The position numbers and the translations under genes are program-made. Shown here in pieces: positions 45,789 to 53,418 of a DNA stretch of 59,541 nt. Every line of letters starts with the position of its first letter. Within the stretch, counting starts at the first letter, position 1. The DNA is from Anaerolineae bacterium (GTDB lineage: Bacteria > Chloroflexota > Anaerolineae > 4572-78 > NAK82), in the NCBI GenBank assembly GCA_036172345.1, contig JASFBB010000034.1, forward strand, positions 1-59,541. Direction: 5' to 3'. The notes under the pieces were generated by a model. The model did no database searches, was not told where the DNA came from, and saw only the letters and a program-made list of their open reading frames with translations.

Positions 45789-46748
45789 ATGGAAGATCGG
45801 GATACGTTGACCAACTTGTATTATACAATGTTGTTGATCCGTCGCACTGAAGAAAAGATTCTTGAGTTATTGCTCCAAGGAAAGTTAGCCAGCAGTATGT
45901 GTCATGTCAGCATCGGCCAGGAAGCAGTTGCCGCCGGTGTGTGCTCCGCAATGCAACCTCAGGACTACCTCACCAGCACCCATCGCGGGCATGGTCACAT
46001 TATTGCACGTGGTGGGGATTTGCGGCGCATTATCGCGGAACTGCTGGGGCGGGAAACGGGTTACTGCAAAGGGCGCGGTGGCTCGATGCACTTGGTGGAT
46101 GTGAACCTCGGCCATCTCGGCTCGAACGGGATCGTCGGCGGTCATATCGGTATCGCAACCGGTGCGGCTTTGTGGTCCAGCCTACAAAATGATGGTCGAG
46201 TCACCGTCGCTTTCTTCGGCGAAGGCGCGATGACGGAAGGGATATTCCACGAAGCGGCCAACATGGCCGCATTATGGCGGTTGCCGATCGTCTTTGTATG
46301 CGAGAATAATCAGTATGCCATGTCGTTGCCATGGACGCATGCAACGGCTGAACATTCGTTCGCGCGGAAGGGTGCAGCATATGGAATGCCCGGCATAGAA
46401 GTGGATGGACAGGATGTATTGGCTGTGCGCCAGGTAGCACTGCAAGCGATCGAGCGCGCTCGACGCGGAGAAGGGCCCACTCTCGTGGGTGCACAAACCT
46501 ACCGCTTCCTGGGGCACTCGCGTGGTGATCCCAGCCCCTACCGAGACAAGGAAGAAGAGGCGAGACAACGCGCCCGGGATCCGCTCCGTATCTATCAGGA
46601 GTATCTGTTCCGAGAAGGGATCCTGACACAAGCAGATGTGGATGCGATCGAAGAGAAAGTGACGGAGGTCATCGCCGACGCAGTGCGTTTCGCCGAGGAG
46701 AGCCCGCCGGCCACTCTAGATAGCCTCTTGGAAGATGTGTTCGCATAA
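45789..46748 (+). CDS. TPP-dependent 2-oxoacid/acetoin dehydrogenase E1 alpha subunit
   Basis: 319 aa. TPP motif 'FFGEGAMTEG...VFVCENNQYAM' has GEG in place of the usual GDG, followed by X26-NN. Also 'YRFLGHSRGD'. Confidence 0.9.
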   Translation: MEDRDTLTNLYYTMLLIRRTEEKILELLLQGKLASSMCHVSIGQEAVAAGVCSAMQPQDYLTSTHRGHGHIIARGGDLRRIIAELLGRETGYCKGRGGSMHLVDVNLGHLGSNGIVGGHIGIATGAALWSSLQNDGRVTVAFFGEGAMTEGIFHEAANMAALWRLPIVFVCENNQYAMSLPWTHATAEHSFARKGAAYGMPGIEVDGQDVLAVRQVALQAIERARRGEGPTLVGAQTYRFLGHSRGDPSPYRDKEEEARQRARDPLRIYQEYLFREGILTQADVDAIEEKVTEVIADAVRFAEESPPATLDSLLEDVFA

Positions 46749-46777
46749 AGAGATTTAGGAAACAAGGTGATAGGACG

Positions 46778-47782
46778 ATGCGTAAGATTCGATATCGTGA
46801 GGCACTTCGAGAAGCGTTGCATGAGGAAATGCGACGCGACCCGCGCGTATTCGTGATCGGTGAGGATGTGGGACGCTACGGTGGTGCTTATGCAGTCACA
46901 CAAGGGCTGCTGCAAGAGTTTGGCCCTAAGCGCATCATCGATGCGCCTATGTCCGAAGCGATCATTGTCGGTGCGGCACTGGGCGCTGCCATCGTGGGCG
47001 CTCGTCCAGTAGCCGAGATCATGTACATCGACTTCGCCACGCTGGCTATGGATCAGGTCGTGAACCAAGCAGCCAAACTGCACTGCATGTTTGGCGCTCA
47101 GCTGAAAGCACCTCTGGTCATCCGCACACAACAGGGCACCGGCCGAGGCGCCGGACCTCAGCACTCTCAGAGCCTCGAAGCTTGGTTTGCCCACGTGCCC
47201 GGCTTAAAGGTGGTGATGCCAGCAACGCCCTACGATGCCAAAGGGTTGCTCAAAAGCGCCATTCGTGACGACAATCCGGTGATATTCATCGAACACAAGG
47301 GTCTGTACGCCTTGGAAGGCGAAGTGCCCGAAGAGGAATACACCATCCCCTTAGGCGTAGCCGACATCAAACGGCCGGGCAACAATGTCACGTTAGTCGC
47401 TTATTCCAATATGGTACATACCGCGCTGGCCGCAGCGCAAGAGCTCAGCCAAATCGGCATCAGCGCTGAGGTCGTTGACCTGCGTACTCTCGCACCACTT
47501 GACATGGATACTATGATCACCTCTGTAACCAAGACACGTCGGGCAGTGGTGATTCACGAGGCAAACTTGTTCGGCGGGTTTGGAGCGGAAATTGCCGCTA
47601 CTCTGCAAGAAAGGTTATTCGAGATATTGGCAGCACCGGTGCGCCGCCTTGGAGGACTGCACGTGCCCTTGCCAGCTCATTCACAGCTGGAAAAACAGGT
47701 TGTCCCAGGTGTAGCCCAGATCGTCCAAGCGGTGAAAGAGACAGTGGGCACTGAGGTGGCTGTTCGACTCGTCTCAGCGTAG
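46778..47782 (+). CDS. 2-oxoacid/acetoin dehydrogenase E1 beta subunit
   Basis: 334 aa with 'REALREALHEEMRRDPRVFVIGEDVG', 'RIIDAPMSEA' and 'GPQHSQSLEAWFAHVPGLKVV'. Confidence 0.92.
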   Translation: MRKIRYREALREALHEEMRRDPRVFVIGEDVGRYGGAYAVTQGLLQEFGPKRIIDAPMSEAIIVGAALGAAIVGARPVAEIMYIDFATLAMDQVVNQAAKLHCMFGAQLKAPLVIRTQQGTGRGAGPQHSQSLEAWFAHVPGLKVVMPATPYDAKGLLKSAIRDDNPVIFIEHKGLYALEGEVPEEEYTIPLGVADIKRPGNNVTLVAYSNMVHTALAAAQELSQIGISAEVVDLRTLAPLDMDTMITSVTKTRRAVVIHEANLFGGFGAEIAATLQERLFEILAAPVRRLGGLHVPLPAHSQLEKQVVPGVAQIVQAVKETVGTEVAVRLVSA

Positions 47783-47839
47783 GAGTTCATAGCTTTTTAC
47801 GCGCGTAATTCGACAGCGAGATAATGAGGAAAGGTAACA

Positions 47840-48097
47840 ATGATCACTTCAGTGGTTATGCCCCCTCTCACCGAAACAGCTGATTCCTATAAGATACTCC
47901 AATGGTTGAAACAGGAAGGTGACCACGTTGAACGCGGAGAAATGCTGTTCGAAGTGGAAACCGACAAAGCTGTGTTACAGGTCGAAGCACTCGGCGCTGG
48001 TATATTACGCCGCATCAAAGTGCCGGCGGGCGAGAGCGCCAAAGTGGGGGATGTTCTAGCCTATATAGCCGATCCCGACGAACCGTTGCCTGAGTGA
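47840..48097 (+). CDS. stand-alone lipoyl-domain protein (E2 lipoyl domain only)
   Basis: 85 aa with the lipoyl-Lys motif 'MLFEVETDKAVLQVEA'. It ends right after the domain at 'DPDEPLPE'. Confidence 0.85.
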   Translation: MITSVVMPPLTETADSYKILQWLKQEGDHVERGEMLFEVETDKAVLQVEALGAGILRRIKVPAGESAKVGDVLAYIADPDEPLPE

Positions 48098-48149
48098 GTC
48101 CAACATCTCAGATGACAGAAGCATTGCTATTTAACCCGGAAGGCGCGCG

Positions 48150-48878
48150 ATGAACACGACGGAAGAACACATTGCCCAGCCTGTAGTCGCACGGCGGGTG
48201 CCACTAACCTCTATGCGCCGTGCCATCATCGAGCGTGTCGTGCGCAGCAAACGCGACATCCCCCATTTCTACATAACCCAAGAAATTGCCATGCAGGCCG
48301 CTCAAGAGTTGTTGGATAAACTCAGGACAATTCACACCCAACAGCGTCTGACACTCACCCACCTTCTCTTAAAAGTTATAGCAGCCCTGTTGGTGCAACA
48401 TCCACGGCTCAACGCTCGCTTGACAGAAGAAGGGATTGAAGAGTATGCATCGGTGCACCTCGGCTTCGTGGTCGGCTTGGAGGATGGGATGATCATCCCC
48501 GTGTTGCATCACGCCGAACGCATGTCCCTGGTAGAGATCGCCCACCGCGCCTCGGAGTTAGAAGCAGGAGCCCGGGCACGCCGACTTCAGAGCGGCGATC
48601 TCACCGGTCGCACTTTTACTCTCTCCAACATGGGGATGTTGGACATCGATGCCTTCCAAGCGGTGATAAGCCCGCCGGATGCGGCGATTCTGGCGGTGGG
48701 ACGGGTGGCGAAGCGCCCGGTGGTGCGAGATGACCAGGTCATCGCGATCCCCACTATGATTGCCACACTCTCGTGCGATCACCGCATTGCAGATGGGGCC
48801 CACGCTGCGCGTTTCATAACGGACTTGCGCCACACGCTTGAAGATATACGATTATTGAAATCCACACTCCAAATTTAG
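48150..48878 (+). CDS. 2-oxoacid dehydrogenase acyltransferase, catalytic domain only (E2 core)
   Basis: 242 aa with 'RRVPLTSMRRAIIERVVRSKRDIPHFY' and active site 'LSCDHRIADGAHAARF'. There is no lipoyl domain and no peripheral-subunit-binding domain. Confidence 0.88.
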   Translation: MNTTEEHIAQPVVARRVPLTSMRRAIIERVVRSKRDIPHFYITQEIAMQAAQELLDKLRTIHTQQRLTLTHLLLKVIAALLVQHPRLNARLTEEGIEEYASVHLGFVVGLEDGMIIPVLHHAERMSLVEIAHRASELEAGARARRLQSGDLTGRTFTLSNMGMLDIDAFQAVISPPDAAILAVGRVAKRPVVRDDQVIAIPTMIATLSCDHRIADGAHAARFITDLRHTLEDIRLLKSTLQI

Positions 48879-48942
48879 CCGGAACCAGGTTAAGTGCTTT
48901 CCCGCGGCGGATACACCAAATCGACAAGAGAACACGGCATAT

Positions 48943-49893
48943 ATGTACCAAACTCGTCACGAGCTTCTAGAGCAAGTTGCCGCATGGTATTACGAAGAGA
49001 ACAGAACGCAAGAGGAAATCGCACGCCGCCTTGGTCTGTCGCGTTCCACTGTATCACGGTTGCTTCAGGAAGCACGTGAAGAAGGGATTGTTGTCATCCG
49101 CGTCAATAAATTGATCAACGTGGATGCCGAGCTGGGAGCGACATTGATCAAGACCTTTGGGTTGGTAGATGCATGGGTCTTGGCCGAAGCCCCTGCCCAA
49201 TACACTGCTCTGATCCAACACTTGGGCGAGCTGTGTGCGCGCTTTCTGCAACGCCAGCTGCATGACGGGATCAACATCGGCATCGGTTGGGGGACCGCTG
49301 TGTACGAGACAGCACGCAATGTGGCCAACGTTCCCCTACGTGATGCCGTGGTCATCCAACTCCTTGGCGCCGTGGCACGTGGCCATTCAACCGTAGATGG
49401 ACCAGAGTGCGCCCGCCTATTGGCTCAAAAACTGGGCGCCACCATTCGTTTTCTGCATGCTCCCGCATTGGTAGAGAGCGAGGCAACTGCACTCGCGCTA
49501 TTGCAGGAACCCACGATTATCAGCACGATGGAGCTCATTCGCTATGTCGAGATCGCTATAACTGGTATCGGCACGATCGATCCCGAATTGTCCAGTCTGC
49601 ACCGCGCCGGGTTCCTCACCAGCGCGGACCTCAAAGAACTCGCCAGGGCGGGTGCCGTGGGTGATGTCCTGGGTTATCAATTCGATCTTCAGGGACGCGT
49701 GCTCGACATCTCCTTAAACCGGCGGCTGATCGCGGCCAATCAGCAGATGCTGGCTCAGATACCCAAAGTGGTCGGCGTGGCAGGCGGTCTGGCCAAAGCG
49801 TCCGCCATCTTGGGTGCGCTTCGTGGTAAATTCATCAACGTCCTGATCACTGACGCACGTACAGCTGCCGAGATTCTACGCCTGAACGGCTAG
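48943..49893 (+). CDS. SorC/DeoR-family sugar-phosphate-binding transcriptional regulator
   Basis: 316 aa with HTH 'TQEEIARRLGLSRSTVSRLLQEAREEGIVVIRV' and a C-terminal sugar-binding domain. Confidence 0.88.
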   Translation: MYQTRHELLEQVAAWYYEENRTQEEIARRLGLSRSTVSRLLQEAREEGIVVIRVNKLINVDAELGATLIKTFGLVDAWVLAEAPAQYTALIQHLGELCARFLQRQLHDGINIGIGWGTAVYETARNVANVPLRDAVVIQLLGAVARGHSTVDGPECARLLAQKLGATIRFLHAPALVESEATALALLQEPTIISTMELIRYVEIAITGIGTIDPELSSLHRAGFLTSADLKELARAGAVGDVLGYQFDLQGRVLDISLNRRLIAANQQMLAQIPKVVGVAGGLAKASAILGALRGKFINVLITDARTAAEILRLNG

Positions 49894-50092
49894 AACCCGT
49901 CGCTGATGACCTGGCTCCGGCTCACCATTAACTCAGTGAGCATAGCAATTGCCGCACGAATCACCGGCAGCAGACCGCATAGATAGTATTCGACCTGTGG
50001 CAGATCAGGATAAGAGAACGAGACACTCGCGCTGCAGCGCCTCACAGATAGAGCAGGCATGCCCGGTCCATTGATCCTCTGTGGAAAGCAAT

Positions 50093-51061
50093 TTAGGCGA
50101 GCGCTTGTTGGCGTTGAGCCAGTAGAGCCTCTATATCTTCCAAATCGGCATCCGAGAGCTTCCATCCACTGGCACCCACCAGTTCGGACACTTGATCAGG
50201 ATGTCGTGCGCCAGCAATTGCACCGGTCACTTCAGGTCGGCGCAGCACCCACGCCAACGCCAACTGCGCCAACGTCTTGCCGTTGCGCTCGGCGATCGGC
50301 CGCAACTGTTCCACCAGACGCAAGTTGACGCTCAGCTGCGGCTCTTGGAACGGCGCATAGCGCTTGCGATGGTCATCCTCCGGCATTGCTTGGATGCGCT
50401 CACGCGTCATTTTTCCAGTGAGCAGGCCGCGCTCCATCGGACTATAGACGATCACACCGATTTTGTGGGCAGCACAGTAGGGCAATATCTCAGATTCGAT
50501 GTCACGATTGAGCATGCTATAGGGCGGCTGCAAGGAAGCAATCGGGTGGATAGCTTGCAACCGCTCCATCTGGCTGACATTGAAGTTGGAGACGCCGCCG
50601 CAGCGAATCTTACCTGCGCGAATGGCATCCGCGATGACACTCCACGCTTCCTCGATGTCCTCATCCGGGCGCGGCCAATGGATCTGATACAGATCGATCA
50701 CGTCGGTGCGCAGACGGCGCAAACTGTCCTCGATCTCCCGACGCACCGAATCGCGCTTAAGCCGAAAGGTGAGCTCGCCGTTGGGCAATACGTGGATGCC
50801 GCATTTAGTGGCGATGTACACCTGGTGGCGGCGGCCAACTAGTGCTTTGCCCACCACTTCTTCGGAATGGCCACGGCCATATCCAGGTGCGGTATCGATC
50901 CAATTGACACCCTCGTCCAGCGCACGGTGGATGGTGGCAATCGATTCGGAGTCATCTTGCGCACCCCAGCCGAAGATGTAGCCTCCGCCGCCCATAGCCC
51001 AGGCGCCCAGACCGATAGTGCTGATATGCAGATCGGTGAAACCCAGCTGACGCGTCTCCAT
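50093..51061 (-). CDS. aldo/keto reductase
   Basis: Start placed at ATG 51061 ('METRQLGFTDLHISTIGLGAWAMGG') with GGAGG upstream. 'IDTAPGYGRGHSEE'. The ORF-track 439-aa version is an upstream extension. Confidence 0.9.
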   Translation of the reverse strand: METRQLGFTDLHISTIGLGAWAMGGGGYIFGWGAQDDSESIATIHRALDEGVNWIDTAPGYGRGHSEEVVGKALVGRRHQVYIATKCGIHVLPNGELTFRLKRDSVRREIEDSLRRLRTDVIDLYQIHWPRPDEDIEEAWSVIADAIRAGKIRCGGVSNFNVSQMERLQAIHPIASLQPPYSMLNRDIESEILPYCAAHKIGVIVYSPMERGLLTGKMTRERIQAMPEDDHRKRYAPFQEPQLSVNLRLVEQLRPIAERNGKTLAQLALAWVLRRPEVTGAIAGARHPDQVSELVGASGWKLSDADLEDIEALLAQRQQALA

Positions 51062-51340
51062 CGGTAAGCCTCCTTGACCCCTTCCCAGGGGATGATCTAA
51101 GTGTAGTGTATCACGAGACCCGCCTCGATGGCAATCTACAACTGGGCGAAAGATATTTCCATTTGGGAGCGAATTGGAGCGACGGCTCCAGAATGGCGAT
51201 AGTGGGTTCGAGCCGCAACCATCAGGCAGGGAGCGGCCACCACAGTCGCTTGCTTGCGCGCATGACTCGGCTTGAATGCCGCCTCGTCCCCAAAACGAGA
51301 TGCACCTCCGGCGAAGCGCCCCTTTAGGAAGATGATCACC

Positions 51341-51386
51341 AAAATAAAAATGCCTCGCCCTTCTCTGAGAAAAGAAGCACGAGGCA
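51341..51386 (-). terminator. rho-independent terminator of the phosphofructokinase gene
   Basis: Minus strand stem TGCCTCG (51386-51380) pairs with CGAGGCA (51357-51351), with an inner AGAAG/CTTCT pairing. It is followed by TTTTTATTTT (51350-51341), 30 nt after the stop. Confidence 0.7.
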
Positions 51387-51415
51387 CTGATAGATCGTCC
51401 TATTAGAGACAAGCT

Positions 51416-52573
51416 TTAGTACAGGAACATCGGCTTGCCGTTCACGTGGCGCACCTTGGGGCGGTACTGATCCACGTCGTACAACTCATCTACATCAACA
51501 CGCTTGACACCTTGTGCAACCGTCTCAATGGGCACATTAGTATAGACACCTCTTTGGATGGCCACCATGCGGCCAAACCGGCGCTCAACGATCAAATCCA
51601 TCACCATATTGGCGAAGTTGAAACCCACCATCAAGTCAACCGAATCGGGTGCGCCGGAACGCATCAGGTAAGCGACCTGTTGATAGAGAATGTGCTCACC
51701 GGTGAGCTTCTTCAGCACGTCGCCAGTCACGACGCCAATGCCGCCCAGCTTGCGATGTCCGTAAGCATCCGGTTCACCATACTCAACAATTTTATCGCCG
51801 ATCATCTGGGCACCTTCGGAGATGGTGATCATCGCGTAATTGCTCGGATTATTGCGCTTGTCTTCCATAACCAACTTGGCCAGCTTCTCAGGGTCGAATG
51901 GCACCTCTGAGATGATGGCACGGTCGACGCCGCTTAAGTAGGCGGCAATCAGTGAGGTCTCTCCGGAGTTGCGCCCAAACAGCTCGATGATCCCGATACG
52001 CTCGTGAGAGCCAGCCGAAGTGCGCAGGTTATGAATAAAATTGACGCTGCGCGTCACAGCGGTCGAAAAGCCGATACAGTAATCGGTGCCGAAAACATCG
52101 TTATCCATCGTCTTGGGGATGGCAACGATGGGCACTCCTTCCTCGTGCAGGCGCAGACCATAACTCAGTGTGTCATCGCCTCCGATAGGTACCAACACAT
52201 CGATACCCAGGTGTTCAAGCACCTTGAGCACATGGGGCGTGCAGTCATGGAGCTTGCCATCCTTCGGATCCCAGTCCGCCTGACGCAAAAACTCCGGCAA
52301 GTCCTTGCTGGCGACATGCGAAGGACGGGTACGCGATGTATGCAAAAAGGTGCCACCCGTGCGGTCTACCGTGCGCACAGCGTTCTTGTCAAGGCGGACA
52401 GCGCACTTCCAATTGTAGGTGTTGTCTTCGAGGTTGTAATGCAAGGGTCCCCACCATCCGCGCCGAAAACCGATGACCTCATACCCCTCTTCCTGGGCAC
52501 GGTATACAAGCGCCTTGATGGTTGGGTTGAGTCCGGGAACATCACCACCCCCGGTAAGTACTCCGATTCTCAT
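51416..52573 (-). CDS. 6-phosphofructokinase, residues indicate the pyrophosphate-dependent type
   Basis: 385 aa with '[16 protein letters not shown]'. 'IGGDDTLS' has Asp where ATP-PFKs have Gly104. 'PKTMDNDV' has Lys where ATP-PFKs have Gly124. Confidence 0.88.
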   Translation of the reverse strand: MRIGVLTGGGDVPGLNPTIKALVYRAQEEGYEVIGFRRGWWGPLHYNLEDNTYNWKCAVRLDKNAVRTVDRTGGTFLHTSRTRPSHVASKDLPEFLRQADWDPKDGKLHDCTPHVLKVLEHLGIDVLVPIGGDDTLSYGLRLHEEGVPIVAIPKTMDNDVFGTDYCIGFSTAVTRSVNFIHNLRTSAGSHERIGIIELFGRNSGETSLIAAYLSGVDRAIISEVPFDPEKLAKLVMEDKRNNPSNYAMITISEGAQMIGDKIVEYGEPDAYGHRKLGGIGVVTGDVLKKLTGEHILYQQVAYLMRSGAPDSVDLMVGFNFANMVMDLIVERRFGRMVAIQRGVYTNVPIETVAQGVKRVDVDELYDVDQYRPKVRHVNGKPMFLY

Positions 52574-52705
52574 CTCTCTGACTCCTGCTTATGTATATGA
52601 TTAAATGATTTCCGAGTTAGAAGACGTCAGCCATAATGGAGCTGTGGGCGCAGAGGCACCGCGCAGAGGCGACGCATCGATGCGGCGCATATAAAATCAC
52701 CTAAT

Positions 52706-52734
52706 ATTCTAGCGTCAAGGTTCGAGTTTGTCAA
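52706..52734 (-). promoter_or_regulatory. candidate phosphofructokinase promoter
   Basis: Minus strand reads TTGACA (52734-52729), 17 nt, TAGAAT (52711-52706). Confidence 0.5.
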
Positions 52735-52869
52735 AAGCTTTTTCCCACAGAATACGGGGAAGGGCATGCGAGGCATCGCAGTCCTCAGCGAATTTCAGAA
52801 GCTCTTCATCAAGCTCCTCATCGCCATCATTTGGAAGGGGCGGAACCCACGCAATACCGTTACGGATCG

Positions 52870-52898
52870 TTGCATGCTCACACCCAGCATATTATACT
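52870..52898 (+). promoter_or_regulatory. candidate promoter of the modE-like/moeA operon
   Basis: TTGCAT (52870-52875), 17 nt, TATACT (52893-52898). Confidence 0.5.
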
Positions 52899-53019
52899 TG
52901 TCCTCTGAAATCGCTCCCCGGCAACCGTCAGCATGAATGTCCACACCTTCGTGGTGTTGGAACTAATATCGGTCGCTTCGCGACCGCGGCTGTTGATAGA
53001 TTTACGAAGCGAGGATGGT

Positions 53020-53418
53020 ATGCAAGTCAAAGCGAATGTGTGGATCGAACGCGATGGTCAGGTGGCGCTCAGCCGTTGGCGCGTCGCTTTGCTGCGAGCT
53101 GTGCAGGAGACCGGATCCATCTCCGCCGCTGCCCAGCACCTGAATATCCCTTATCATCGCGCCTGGGACAAGATCCGTGAATGCGAGCGATGCCTGGGTG
53201 TCCCCTTGCTGACCACCCAAACAGGTGGTGTGGGTGGCGGAGGGGCACGCCTGACACCCGCTGCACTCGATTATGTACAACGCTTCCAACAATTTGAGCG
53301 CGGTCTGGATGAGATGATCCAGGACCGTTTCCAAGCAGCTTTTGGTGATCTGCTACCCAAACCGGACGAGGTGCCTGTTCCTAGGAGGGAGACGTGCGCG
53401 AATCACCCTACCCAATGA
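53020..53418 (+). CDS. ModE N-terminal-domain-like wHTH regulator (no Mop/TOBE domains)
   Basis: 132 aa from ATG 53020, with GAGGATGG upstream. 'SISAAAQHLNIPYHRAWDKI...TGGVGGGGARLTPAA' parallels E. coli ModE residues 'SISQGAKDAGISYKSAWDAI...TGGKGGGGAVLT'. Confidence 0.75.
   Translation: MQVKANVWIERDGQVALSRWRVALLRAVQETGSISAAAQHLNIPYHRAWDKIRECERCLGVPLLTTQTGGVGGGGARLTPAALDYVQRFQQFERGLDEMIQDRFQAAFGDLLPKPDEVPVPRRETCANHPTQ

Noticed and set aside
46350-46361. Third GAAC-N4-GTTC match (GAACATTCGTTC)
   Set aside because: It lies deep inside the E1 alpha coding sequence, far from any promoter. About one such match is expected by chance in 59 kb.
50192-50842. 216-aa ORF antisense to the aldo-keto reductase. 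Similar cases are 52004-52600 antisense to pfk, 46595-47194 antisense to E1 alpha/beta, and 43096-43626 antisense to the ABC permease.
   Set aside because: All oppose genes with strong family signatures and have no motifs of their own.
51205-51214. GGTTCGAGCC, a tRNA T-loop-like string
   Set aside because: The flanking bases cannot form a T-stem (GTGGG versus CGCAA). No acceptor or anticodon arms could be drawn.
52899-53019. Possible Moco riboswitch upstream of the modE-like/moeA operon
   Set aside because: The two hairpins present do not resemble the conserved Moco-motif core as I remember it. This needs Infernal to settle.
52728-53180. 150-aa ORF containing a poly-Ser run in the pfk/modE intergenic region
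   Set aside because: It has no SD, is low-complexity, runs across the predicted modE-like promoter and is out of frame with the regulator. It is best treated as non-coding.
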